A stretch of DNA of 64,000 bases from Candidatus Omnitrophota bacterium (lineage in GTDB: Bacteria; Omnitrophota; Omnitrophia; Omnitrophales; Aquincolibacteriaceae), in NCBI GenBank assembly GCA_016930235.1, contig JAFGHI010000063.1, forward strand, positions 799 to 64,798, written 5' to 3'. A program made the translations under genes and the position numbers. A model generated the notes under the pieces. The model saw only the letters and a list, made by a program, of their open reading frames with translations, searched no databases and was not told the DNA's origin. This document shows positions 49,455 through 58,347 of the stretch, piece by piece. Each line of letters starts with the position of its first letter. Position 1 is the stretch's first letter.

Positions 49455-50798
49455 ATGGGGCGTATGAAACATTGCAGAACTTCTTTTTATAAAGTAGCTT
49501 TCTTTTTCCTCGGCGTTTTGTTTATTGCCAGTCCTCTTTTTGCCCAAGATCTCTCCTATGATCGGTATACGGAAACTCTGCGGGAGCCTGAAGCGCCCTC
49601 TCGGGTCGGGCGGAGTATTGCTCATTTCCTTGTTTATCCGTTTGAAATTATTCGCTATGGGACGGATAAGACCTTGGTAGCAATCGAAAAGCATCACATT
49701 GACAAAAAAGTGAAATGGATTTATGAAAAAATTCAAAGCTATGGCATTAGTCCGCATCTTAATTTTGTAAGTATGAGCAATCGCTCATATGGAGCCGACA
49801 TCGATTTTATACGGCTCGTTCAGAAGAAAGAGTATTTGCCCGATTCGACATTGAGTGGGTGGGTTCGGTGGGCTGAGGACGGATATTTTCGAGCAGGAGG
49901 AAAGGTCGGATGGAGCCTCATCAAGGGGACTGGTCTTAGGACTTTCGGTATTGCCAATTATGAAAATCGTCACGAGGAACATTTTTACGGGGTAGGCCCC
50001 CATTCAAGTGCAGGGGATGGAGCCGTTTTCTCATGGGAAGAAACGAAGTTGGAATATCAGTTAGGATACAGCAAGACTCCGGAATGGGGCATTGACGGGA
50101 AATTTAGTTATCGTAATGTGAATATCTCAGGCGGGCGGGATGGTGGTAGGGGGCAAATCGGAGAAATTCCCACTTTCAGTGAAGAAAGGATACCGGGTTT
50201 TCATGGGGATTCCTTTTTAACCTGGAAGCTTGAAGTGATTCATGATACGCGTAATCAAAAAGAAAATTCCACGATAGGGGGGATGCAGCGATTCGGTTTC
50301 AGCTTTAACGAGGGATTAAATAGTTCGCTGGCGCGTTTTTTTCGATATGAAACAGAAGTGAGTCATTATTTTCGCCTGGGGGCCGACCGGAGGGTTTTAG
50401 CCTTTCATTTCTATGGGGAACACAATGATGAAGTAAACAACGGGCAGGTACCTTTCCACCAAATGGCAAAATTAGGCGGGTACGGAACTAGCCCGCATAT
50501 GAGTCATACGCTACGAGGCTATGATTTTAACCGTTTTTTTGATGAGAGCGCCTTGCTTTTCAATATAGAATACCGTTATACAATATGGGAATATCGTGAT
50601 TATAAATTAGATACGGTCTTTTTCTGGGACGAAGGCCAGGTTTTTGGCGAATTCAGTGAATTTCAGTTAAGTGATTTCAGGGAATCTTACGGAATAGGGT
50701 TCCGATTAAGCGTTGCGAATGTCATGTTTTTAGCTCTTGAAGTTGCACATGGAGATGAGGGTACCAATCTATATGTTAAAGGAAGCAGCCCATTTTAA
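49455..50798 (+). CDS. Omp85-superfamily outer-membrane beta-barrel protein (short N-terminal region, at most one POTRA)
   Basis: A signal peptide is followed by a C-terminal barrel with the loop-6 RGY motif (TLRGYDFNRFF). Strand signatures alternate aromatic residues and the protein ends in F. Confidence 0.6.
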   Translation: MGRMKHCRTSFYKVAFFFLGVLFIASPLFAQDLSYDRYTETLREPEAPSRVGRSIAHFLVYPFEIIRYGTDKTLVAIEKHHIDKKVKWIYEKIQSYGISPHLNFVSMSNRSYGADIDFIRLVQKKEYLPDSTLSGWVRWAEDGYFRAGGKVGWSLIKGTGLRTFGIANYENRHEEHFYGVGPHSSAGDGAVFSWEETKLEYQLGYSKTPEWGIDGKFSYRNVNISGGRDGGRGQIGEIPTFSEERIPGFHGDSFLTWKLEVIHDTRNQKENSTIGGMQRFGFSFNEGLNSSLARFFRYETEVSHYFRLGADRRVLAFHFYGEHNDEVNNGQVPFHQMAKLGGYGTSPHMSHTLRGYDFNRFFDESALLFNIEYRYTIWEYRDYKLDTVFFWDEGQVFGEFSEFQLSDFRESYGIGFRLSVANVMFLALEVAHGDEGTNLYVKGSSPF

Positions 50799-52413
50799 GA
50801 TATTTGCCTGGTTTGTAATCGCAGGGTTAGCGTTATTCCCGAATATGGGGAACGCTGACCAAGCAGCAAACTATAAGAAAAACGATGTCGGTCTTTATCG
50901 GGACGTTTTTGATCAGAATATCTATTATGAAGGGACAAATTTTCTTCATTTAGAACGGCTCTATCGGGCCATTTTTAGGAAAAAGAGCCGATCTGCCAAC
51001 ATTAATATCTTTGACGAGGTTCCCGACTCAAACTTTTTCACAAATCGCCATGCCCGAACGCGGTTGAATGCAAGGGAGCTTGAAGAGGGCTTCCGACAGG
51101 GGGCTCCTCCGAGTTCGAACGGGAAACTTACTGTGACGAAGGGGAAATTTGAAGGGTTGCATCCTGGATTTTATGTTCGAGATGACAAAGGAGATGAATA
51201 TCTTTTGAAGTTTGATCCGCTTGATTATTTTGAGCTGGCGACGGGCGCAGAAACAGTCGCGAATCGATTTTTGTATGCCATTGGGTATAACGTTCCCCAA
51301 TATGATGTTTTCTACTTCAACGCAGACCGTTTGGTCCCCGCTCCTGAAGCAACAACCGTGGATGATACAGGTTTTTGCAAGAAGTTAGATCAGGCAAAAT
51401 TGGAAGAATATCTTCTTTATTTACCACAGGGTGACGATGGCAAATATCGTGCGGCGGCCAGCAACCTTTTGAAGGGCGAAAATCTTGGAGGGTTTAGTTT
51501 CGCCGGCCGGCGGAAAGATGACCGTGAAGATATTTATGATCATCAGGATCGGCGTGAGATTCGAGCGCTTCGGGTATTTTCCTCCTGGATCAATAATAAT
51601 GATGTTCGAGAAGGGAACACCCTTGATGTCCTCGTTGAAGAAAATGGGCGGTCTTTTATTAAACATTATTTAATTGATTTTAACGCATCGTTGGGTGCGG
51701 GTTCAGACGGGGCAAAACCGCCGATGTTTACCCATGAATATATGATTGACTATGGAGAAGCAACAAAAGCTTTTTTGGGCCTGGGTTTATGGCAGAAACC
51801 GTGGCAAAAGCGGTGGCAAGAAGCGGGTGAGACTTTTTCGCAATCTCCAGCCGTTGGTTATTTTGATAATCGTTATTTTGACCCAAGTAAGTATAAGACA
51901 CAATTACCTTATTTTGCTTTCAAAGATTTAACCCGCGCGGATGGTTTTTGGGCAGCAAGAATTATTATGTCCTTCACCGATGATGACATCCGCGCGATGG
52001 TTAAGGCGGGGGAATATAGTGAACCAGAAGATGCTGACTATATTGCCCAAACCCTGATTGAAAGAAGAGATATTATTGGGCGCTATTGGTTTAGTGAATC
52101 AAACCCACTTGATAAGTTTTCCATGACAGGAGATGCCCTGACTTTCAATAACCTAGCTGTTGATTACGGGTTCGAATCGAAAGAGGGGATCACTTATCAT
52201 GTTAAAATCATTGAGAAGATTAAGAAGCGGGGCAAAGAGCTAGAAACCATTCAAATTAGCCAGCCGTCTGTAGACCTTGGGAAATGGCTTTCCGAGGCGG
52301 GTTCCTTAGATATCTTAATCAAAACTGAATGGGCTCAACAAGGCGAACTAAGCCCGATGGTTTTGGTTGAAATTAGGCAAGGAAAAGTTGCCGGCATTAT
52401 CCACGAAGATTAA
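50773..52413 (+). CDS. Secreted hypothetical protein with a protein-kinase-like (PKL) fold signature
   Basis: The signal peptide is MLKEAAHFKIFAWFVIAGLALFPNMGNA. A G-loop-like GKFEGLHPG is followed by a lysine in YLLKF. A catalytic-loop-like NNDVREGN (D-x4-N) and a DFG-like LIDFNAS lie 25 residues apart. The start lies inside the Omp85 gene's 3' end. Confidence 0.45.
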   Translation: MLKEAAHFKIFAWFVIAGLALFPNMGNADQAANYKKNDVGLYRDVFDQNIYYEGTNFLHLERLYRAIFRKKSRSANINIFDEVPDSNFFTNRHARTRLNARELEEGFRQGAPPSSNGKLTVTKGKFEGLHPGFYVRDDKGDEYLLKFDPLDYFELATGAETVANRFLYAIGYNVPQYDVFYFNADRLVPAPEATTVDDTGFCKKLDQAKLEEYLLYLPQGDDGKYRAAASNLLKGENLGGFSFAGRRKDDREDIYDHQDRREIRALRVFSSWINNNDVREGNTLDVLVEENGRSFIKHYLIDFNASLGAGSDGAKPPMFTHEYMIDYGEATKAFLGLGLWQKPWQKRWQEAGETFSQSPAVGYFDNRYFDPSKYKTQLPYFAFKDLTRADGFWAARIIMSFTDDDIRAMVKAGEYSEPEDADYIAQTLIERRDIIGRYWFSESNPLDKFSMTGDALTFNNLAVDYGFESKEGITYHVKIIEKIKKRGKELETIQISQPSVDLGKWLSEAGSLDILIKTEWAQQGELSPMVLVEIRQGKVAGIIHED

Positions 52414-52600
52414 TATCGAAACGAGCTAAGCAATTACGCTCAAGCCAGGAATCTTGAGTTGTCCCTTAATATTTTCTGCGGCAATTGCGAAAATCTATGG
52501 ATGGAGGTCATATCTATATTAACCATGACGAGAATGGGGCGTCACTGCTTGTGATTATATGAGAAAATGATAGGCGGAGCAGGGAACAAGGAGAATCCTC

Positions 52601-53647
52601 GTGCGAGAGATATTGCTCGAATGTTTGATATGCCCAAGATGTGGGAAGCAAGAATGGAAAATTCAGGTAGACTCAAAGAGTGAGTATGAGATCCGAGAAG
52701 GAATCCTGTCATGCCTTTCTTGTGGGCGGCAGAATACTATTACCAAGGGTATTGTGGATTGCCTTGGCGAACTTTCTTTGGAAGTAGCTCATGAGAAAAA
52801 TCACGCCGAATCCCTTGGATACTTGGTTACCCCCGAAGGAGAAAGTTGTGTAATCAACGAGGAAACAATCCAATGTTTTCGAAATCTCTTCTTATCGCTT
52901 CCGGCAGGGGATGGAAGTGCTTATTTTAAGCCGGGTGGCAGTTTTGACAATCAGGCTGGCAACGCGGAGCGGTTTTTTAAAACTCTTGATTTGCTTAATC
53001 TGACCGGGGAAGAAAAAATTTTGGAGGTTGGAGCAAGTTTTGGGTGGGGAGCATGGCGATTTGCTCAGCGAGGATGTCAGGTTGTTGCTCTTGATGTGAC
53101 AAATTATTTACAGGCTGCCGATCTTTATTTTGATAAAGATGGGTGTTACTTTGATCGAGTCATGGCTGATATGAACGCACTCCCTTTTTCGGACGGAAGT
53201 TTTGATATCATTTTTTCTCATTCCGTGATTCATCATTGCAAGAATATTGAAAATTTATTCTGCGAGTTTTATCGAGTTCTCCGACCTGGAGGGAGAGTTG
53301 TTGCACTTCATGAATGTGCTTTCGGAATTTTTGAGGACAAATCAGGTAAAGCGTTAAAAAAAGCGATCGATGAAGGTTTTAATGAAAATGCCTATACTCT
53401 TTGGGAGTGGTGGCAGGGGGCAAGACGGGGAGGATTTTTAAATATACGATTTCATTTCTTTTCTCTTGTTGATGATTATATCCACCGAAAAAAAATTCGC
53501 GGCTCAGGAATGACAGGCAAACTACGATTTGCTTATTGGATCAAAGCTCGTCCTTTCTTAAATCGATTGATTAATCTTCTGAGTATTATCCCACGAATTA
53601 TATTAAGACCTAAAGCCTGGATGATGATGGCTAGCCGGTCGAAATAA
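52601..53647 (+). CDS. Class I SAM-dependent methyltransferase with N-terminal tandem zinc-ribbon (Trm112-like) domain
   Basis: CPRCG and CLSCG ribbons are present, followed by motif I ILEVGASFGWGA and the Methyltransf_11-like LPFSDGSFDIIFSHSVIHH. The start is GTG with an AAGGAG RBS. Confidence 0.7.
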   Translation: MREILLECLICPRCGKQEWKIQVDSKSEYEIREGILSCLSCGRQNTITKGIVDCLGELSLEVAHEKNHAESLGYLVTPEGESCVINEETIQCFRNLFLSLPAGDGSAYFKPGGSFDNQAGNAERFFKTLDLLNLTGEEKILEVGASFGWGAWRFAQRGCQVVALDVTNYLQAADLYFDKDGCYFDRVMADMNALPFSDGSFDIIFSHSVIHHCKNIENLFCEFYRVLRPGGRVVALHECAFGIFEDKSGKALKKAIDEGFNENAYTLWEWWQGARRGGFLNIRFHFFSLVDDYIHRKKIRGSGMTGKLRFAYWIKARPFLNRLINLLSIIPRIILRPKAWMMMASRSK

Positions 53648-53842
53648 TTCCAAAATCTTCTTAGTCCCATTTAGGCTTGCCTCGGATGTTTCTATTAAAG
53701 GGTCTTGATTGCACTTTAATGAAGTGGACTTCTAAAAGATCATAATTGCTATGTGTTGCTACAACGCTCTATCGGGAAATATACTTATTAATATTGTAAA
53801 ATAAGTCTTTTTCAGCTAGTCTTTATAAAAGGGGGTTTTTCG

Positions 53843-54310
53843 ATGAAAATGAATAGCAATAGCTCGCATTTATGGAGGATTGGGGAGATATTGCTTCAGC
53901 ACAACTGGATTGAGTGGGAGCAGCTTCGAAATGCCCTTATGTCCCAAAGAGAATCGGGAGAAAGAATAGGCTCAATTTTGGTACATATGGGGGCTGTGAC
54001 CAAGGAAAGAGTTGCTAGAGCCGTAGCCGAACAGCATCAAAAACCCTTTGTTGATCTTCATATCTTAAATGCTCAGACGGATGCTATTCACCGTATCCCA
54101 AAAAGATTTGTTCACCAGTATCAAATCATGCCTCTTCTTGTCAGCGACAGAACACTTCTTGTTGCAGTTTCTGATCCCCTTGATTCATGGGTGGAAGCGG
54201 AGATTGCACGAATTGCGAAATGCTCCGACATCAAAACGGTCATTGCTTGTGCCGATACGATTCAGGAAGCCATTCTTGAAGTCTACGGCAGAGAAGGAAT
54301 GGCTGCTTAA
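53843..54310 (+). CDS. Stand-alone T2SS-E N-terminal (MshEN-type) domain protein, candidate c-di-GMP receptor
   Basis: The LGEILLQHNWIEWEQLRNAL...RIGSILVHMGAVTKERV segment matches the GspE_N/MshEN helical fold, with a second repeat downstream. Confidence 0.6.
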   Translation: MKMNSNSSHLWRIGEILLQHNWIEWEQLRNALMSQRESGERIGSILVHMGAVTKERVARAVAEQHQKPFVDLHILNAQTDAIHRIPKRFVHQYQIMPLLVSDRTLLVAVSDPLDSWVEAEIARIAKCSDIKTVIACADTIQEAILEVYGREGMAA

Positions 54311-54417
54311 TTCACCTCTACAAAGAGTCTGCCGATAATTTTATTGTTAGACCAATTCTCTTTTAAGCCGTCTAAAATATAAGATAGCATGGAAGAAAGA
54401 TTCGAAAGGGGAAAATT

Positions 54418-54786
54418 ATGTGTAAGATTAAACCATTTATAGCAATTTGCTCTTTGCTAGGGCTGATGATTGTTTTCTCTCTGACAGCGGTATCTGCGTG
54501 GGCGTTTAAGAATAATCCTCCAGGACCGAAAGGTGGGAAAGGGACAAACTGGAATAATCCCCCTGGCCCGGAAGGAGGGCCGGGAGCAAGCCCTAAAGAA
54601 GTCGATTCAAATAAATGGTGGCAGTCCAAGGTGGCGTATCATAAGTTGGAAAGGGAAGAACTTAGGACTAAGTTAGAAAAGCTGAAAGAATATCGGTCTG
54701 AATTAATGGCTAGCGGGGCCGATGGAGATCTCATCGCAGAAATTAATGATGAAATCGAAGACGTTGAAGAAGCCTTATTCCGCTAA
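54418..54786 (+). CDS. Small exported protein with a tandem NNPPGP(K/E)GG repeat and a C-terminal coiled coil
   Basis: A signal peptide is followed by two direct repeats and a charged helical tail (KLEREELRTKLEKLKEYRSEL). Confidence 0.5.
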   Translation: MCKIKPFIAICSLLGLMIVFSLTAVSAWAFKNNPPGPKGGKGTNWNNPPGPEGGPGASPKEVDSNKWWQSKVAYHKLEREELRTKLEKLKEYRSELMASGADGDLIAEINDEIEDVEEALFR

Positions 54787-54788
54787 GA

Positions 54789-54835
54789 GAAAGAGCGTCT
54801 TCGCTTAACTATTGCGTGGACGCTCTTTTTCTATT
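54789..54835 (+). terminator. Rho-independent terminator hairpin (AAGAGCGTC...GACGCTCTT followed by TTTTC)
   Basis: A 9-bp GC-rich stem is followed by a U tract. It lies between convergent genes and may act in both directions. Confidence 0.65.
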
Positions 54836-54849
54836 TCTTTTTGAGAAGA

Positions 54850-55182
54850 TTAAAGCTCAACTCCTCCATCAAGGAGCGGAACGTCAAGAGATGTAATGGG
54901 GAAAGTAATAACATGGAGTACTCCACCTAGGGTATAGGTCATTGTTTTTACAAATCCCATGCCTGCTCCCGCAATGACATTTTTCCCCTCTTGTTTGTAA
55001 TTATAGGGCTCAGAAAAGAGAGCCGTCCAGCCGCCAAGGATGTTTTTCATGCCATAATCTAGCTTGCCAGTCATTTTGGCACCATAGGTTGCTTCTTCAG
55101 TCCATGGGCTTGCCGCAGAGGCCAAAGAAGGCATAAGCGTAAGGGTTAGGGCTACAAAAAGGATAGACGTGATTTTTTTCAT
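54850..55182 (-). CDS. Small exported hypothetical protein (110 aa)
   Basis: A signal peptide (MKKITSILFVALTLTLMPSLASA) and RBS GAGGT are present. The mature part is glycine-rich. Confidence 0.5.
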   Translation of the reverse strand: MKKITSILFVALTLTLMPSLASAASPWTEEATYGAKMTGKLDYGMKNILGGWTALFSEPYNYKQEGKNVIAGAGMGFVKTMTYTLGGVLHVITFPITSLDVPLLDGGVEL

Positions 55183-55258
55183 GATCGACCTCGGCTTTCT
55201 GAGTTTTTTATGTAGTGCAAATTCCGTTCGCCATTTTTTTTAAGGGCTTCCGAGTATT

Positions 55259-56209
55259 CTAATCGGAATATTGAAAAGCGACAAGGTCAGAAAGAGAAAT
55301 AATCTCAAAGCCCTCATTGATGAGTTCTGGAATTCTCGCTTGCAAAACGCGCAGGGTTTTAGGTCGGTAATGGCCAATTCCAATGGCATAACCGTGTTTC
55401 CTGGCACGTTCAGCGAGCTCCGCAATTTTTATTTCGATGGAAGGACGGAGATTTTGATTATCCAGAAAAACGCTCCGAGTCAGAACCGGAAGGTTGATTT
55501 TGCTTCCAATTTCGACAGCGGTTGTTTGAGACGTTGTATAACTGTCGAGATAAAAGAGTCCCCGGTCTTTTAATTCTTGGAGAATAACCCCCATCAGTTT
55601 TGGATTTTTGCTACCTAGGGAACCCATATGATTGTTGACGCCCACATGCGGGCTTACCGAAATTAAGTTACGGTTCAATACGTCAAGGACTTGAGATTCG
55701 GGCATCCGATCAGTGATTAGACCTGGCCCTGGGATGGTTCCATCCGCAGCTTCAAGAGGGAGGTGAAGAATGACCTCAGCTCCCGTTTTCTGGCTTAATC
55801 GGCTGAACGTCCTGGAATAAGGCAGCATAGGCAGAATGGCATAAGTGACTTTGTCACCTAATTTCACAAGTTCGTCCTGATAAGAAAGGGTATTTCCAAT
55901 GTCGTCGATAACAAAGGCAATTTTGGGTTTATCAAGGGATACTTTCCGTGACCGTATTTTCCAAAGCGGGATCAAGGGCTTAGATTTATCTACAGCGATA
56001 ACCTTTTCGATCGTAGGGAGGGAAGAGGGTTTGATTTCTACTTTTCTTTGAATGGGTAGAAAACCTGATTCATAGAGGAGATAGAAAAAGCTAGCAAGCA
56101 ACAAAAAATTAAAGATGTGACCCACCAGCTTCAATTTCTTTTTGGTTTTTGCCTTAAGCCTAAAAACGAATCTTTTTCGTTTGCCCTTTTTGCGTGTGCG
56201 CGCAACCAT
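55259..56209 (-). CDS. Divergent polysaccharide deacetylase family protein (YibQ-like)
   Basis: A basic N-terminus with a TM segment is followed by the IAFVIDDIGN and NHMGS motifs. A strong SD GGAGG is present. Confidence 0.7.
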   Translation of the reverse strand: MVARTRKKGKRKRFVFRLKAKTKKKLKLVGHIFNFLLLASFFYLLYESGFLPIQRKVEIKPSSLPTIEKVIAVDKSKPLIPLWKIRSRKVSLDKPKIAFVIDDIGNTLSYQDELVKLGDKVTYAILPMLPYSRTFSRLSQKTGAEVILHLPLEAADGTIPGPGLITDRMPESQVLDVLNRNLISVSPHVGVNNHMGSLGSKNPKLMGVILQELKDRGLFYLDSYTTSQTTAVEIGSKINLPVLTRSVFLDNQNLRPSIEIKIAELAERARKHGYAIGIGHYRPKTLRVLQARIPELINEGFEIISLSDLVAFQYSD

Positions 56210-56353
56210 ATCTATCTCCTCCCAGGCCTATTTTGCTTCAAGATGTGGATAAATTCAAGGGATCTGCTCTTAATAAGAGATTTTCTAGATTTTGAAGCAA
56301 CATGACGATAATTAAATTAAAATCAAACAGCGATAAAGACAAAGGAGTCCAAG

Positions 56354-56806
56354 GTGAATTCGGAATTCATCGGTGGATTGATGTTCGTTGCTGGAGTTGT
56401 GATGAGCATTGTTGGACAATTCATGTTAATTTGCGCAGCGTTTTCTAAAAGTATTCTTTGGGGATTATCGTATCTTTTTATCCCCGGTATTGGCCCCCTT
56501 ATTTTCATACTACGGTTTTGGCGCCAAATCAAAGGGCCTCTTCTTATTTTTTTTGTTTCACTTTGTATGCTCGGGGGAGGCGCTTTTATGACAATAAAGC
56601 CTCTTGAAGATCGGCATTTAACGATAAAGAAGCAGATAAAACATCTCAACCCGTATTTTAAGAAATGGTTCGACAGTGGCGGTGAAATTCGCGTTTGGGA
56701 GGCTAAGACATGGGGAAAATGGAGACCTATCAGGACAATCGGAGAAGGTTCCGTTGTTGAAGTTTCTGATATCAAAATCCAGGCCAGCGGAAACGAACCA
56801 AACTAA
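56354..56806 (+). CDS. Hypothetical small membrane protein (about 3 TM plus a soluble C-terminal domain)
   Basis: A GTG start with an AAAGGAG RBS is present. The stop lies 13 nt upstream of the radical SAM gene. Confidence 0.45.
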   Translation: MNSEFIGGLMFVAGVVMSIVGQFMLICAAFSKSILWGLSYLFIPGIGPLIFILRFWRQIKGPLLIFFVSLCMLGGGAFMTIKPLEDRHLTIKKQIKHLNPYFKKWFDSGGEIRVWEAKTWGKWRPIRTIGEGSVVEVSDIKIQASGNEPN

Positions 56807-56818
56807 TTTCGAATCATA

Positions 56819-58327
56819 ATGAGTAATTCGAAACTTTTATTATCAGATATGAGCGGGATTCGAGGGATATCGGTGCGATATCTTTCTGCTTACGCGAAAT
56901 CCCAAGGGGTGGAGACAGAATTGCTTTTCCCTTTGATTTTAGGACGCGGATTCGAGGATTTACCTCGTTTGAAGGTTGAGCAACAACAGGCTGTGCTTGA
57001 TTTTCTTAGAACCCACGGGGTAACTCATTTTGGATGCTATTTAATGACAGGTCATTTAAGGGCTTTCAAAGAACTTGTCGAGTTTATCAGAAGTCGCGGA
57101 TGGCAGGGATGTATCATCGCGGGAGGTGTGCATCCTACAGTTTGCTGCGAAGAATCGTTGATGGACGGTGTCGATTATGTAGTCATGGGACCTGGTGAAA
57201 AATCGCTAGTTGATATTGTTAATGGGATGGGTTTAAGCCGTATTAGTGGGTTGGTATACAGAGAAAACGGTAGGATCAAAATCAATCAAGTTGCCGAAGA
57301 CGCTTATGTCGATTTGAATCTTCTCCCATTCCCTGATTACGATTTTAAGACTCATTATGTTATTCGTAATAAAGGAATTGAACTGTTAACGATTAAGGTT
57401 TACCGAGAACTAGAGACATGGAAGGGCATTTATTATTTTTTAACAACCACAAGAGGATGCCCCTATCATTGCTCTTATTGCGTGAATCTTAATCGGAAGC
57501 ATCTTCAACGTGCTTCCATTGACCGCGTGATAGAGGAATTGCATTCCGCCAAGAAGCGAATGCCTTTTATTAAAGGATGTAACATTCAAGACGATTCTTT
57601 TTTTATTGGTTCGGATGAATGGATAAATGAGTTTTGTCGACGATTCAAAAAAGAGTTTAATTGGCCGTTCATTGCTCGCGTCATGCCTCGATTTGCAACC
57701 GATAAGCGTTTGAGAATGATGAAAGAAAGCGGATTAAAATATGTATCTGTAGGATTGCAGGGATCTGAAAGGATGAACCGTGAGATTTATGATCGGCATG
57801 AGACCAATAAATCCTTTGTCGATGCATGTCATATAATGAATAAACTAGGCATCCATTATGTTGTTGATGTCATATTAGATAACGCCTATGAAGCGGAAGA
57901 AGATTTAAAAGAAATTGCGAGGGTTTTAAACAGTATCCCGAGGCCATTTAAAGTCTTAGCCTATGGGATGACCCCTTTCCCAGGGACAAGTTTTTATCAA
58001 CGAGTTGTAAGAGATGGGTTGTTAGAGAGGTTTGCGGCAGATGCCTATGAATCGATGTTCACCCCAACGCGGCCCGGCGCTTATGAAACACCGACTTATT
58101 GGAGATTACTCATCTCGAAAGTAATCCCTTTGTATCGGAATAAAGTCGTGAATCAATTAATAGAGTCGGGGCCTAATAATGAAAGGGCTGTTCATCAATT
58201 AGAGAGTATTTGTAAAAATGCTGAAAGAAAAATTGTTCTAGCAGAAGGATTAAGGCGGGTGTGGCCTGAGGGCTTTGGTTTTGGGTTAAGTTTCTACAAG
58301 GCTCTAATGCGGTGGTGGACCCACTGA
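56819..58327 (+). CDS. B12-binding-domain radical SAM protein (class B rSAM-like)
   Basis: An N-terminal Rossmann-like B12-binding region (IIAGGVHPTV) is followed by the CxxxCxxC cluster motif TTRGCPYHCSYC. Confidence 0.8.
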   Translation: MSNSKLLLSDMSGIRGISVRYLSAYAKSQGVETELLFPLILGRGFEDLPRLKVEQQQAVLDFLRTHGVTHFGCYLMTGHLRAFKELVEFIRSRGWQGCIIAGGVHPTVCCEESLMDGVDYVVMGPGEKSLVDIVNGMGLSRISGLVYRENGRIKINQVAEDAYVDLNLLPFPDYDFKTHYVIRNKGIELLTIKVYRELETWKGIYYFLTTTRGCPYHCSYCVNLNRKHLQRASIDRVIEELHSAKKRMPFIKGCNIQDDSFFIGSDEWINEFCRRFKKEFNWPFIARVMPRFATDKRLRMMKESGLKYVSVGLQGSERMNREIYDRHETNKSFVDACHIMNKLGIHYVVDVILDNAYEAEEDLKEIARVLNSIPRPFKVLAYGMTPFPGTSFYQRVVRDGLLERFAADAYESMFTPTRPGAYETPTYWRLLISKVIPLYRNKVVNQLIESGPNNERAVHQLESICKNAERKIVLAEGLRRVWPEGFGFGLSFYKALMRWWTH

Positions 58328-58347
58328 AATGATGAAGAATTATGAAG

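Noticed and set aside
56245-56253. Isolated perfect DnaA box TGTGGATAA in the divergent promoter region
   Set aside because: A single 9-mer is expected by chance about once in 128 kb of two strands. Without clustering it cannot be called a regulatory site. It is mentioned only as context.
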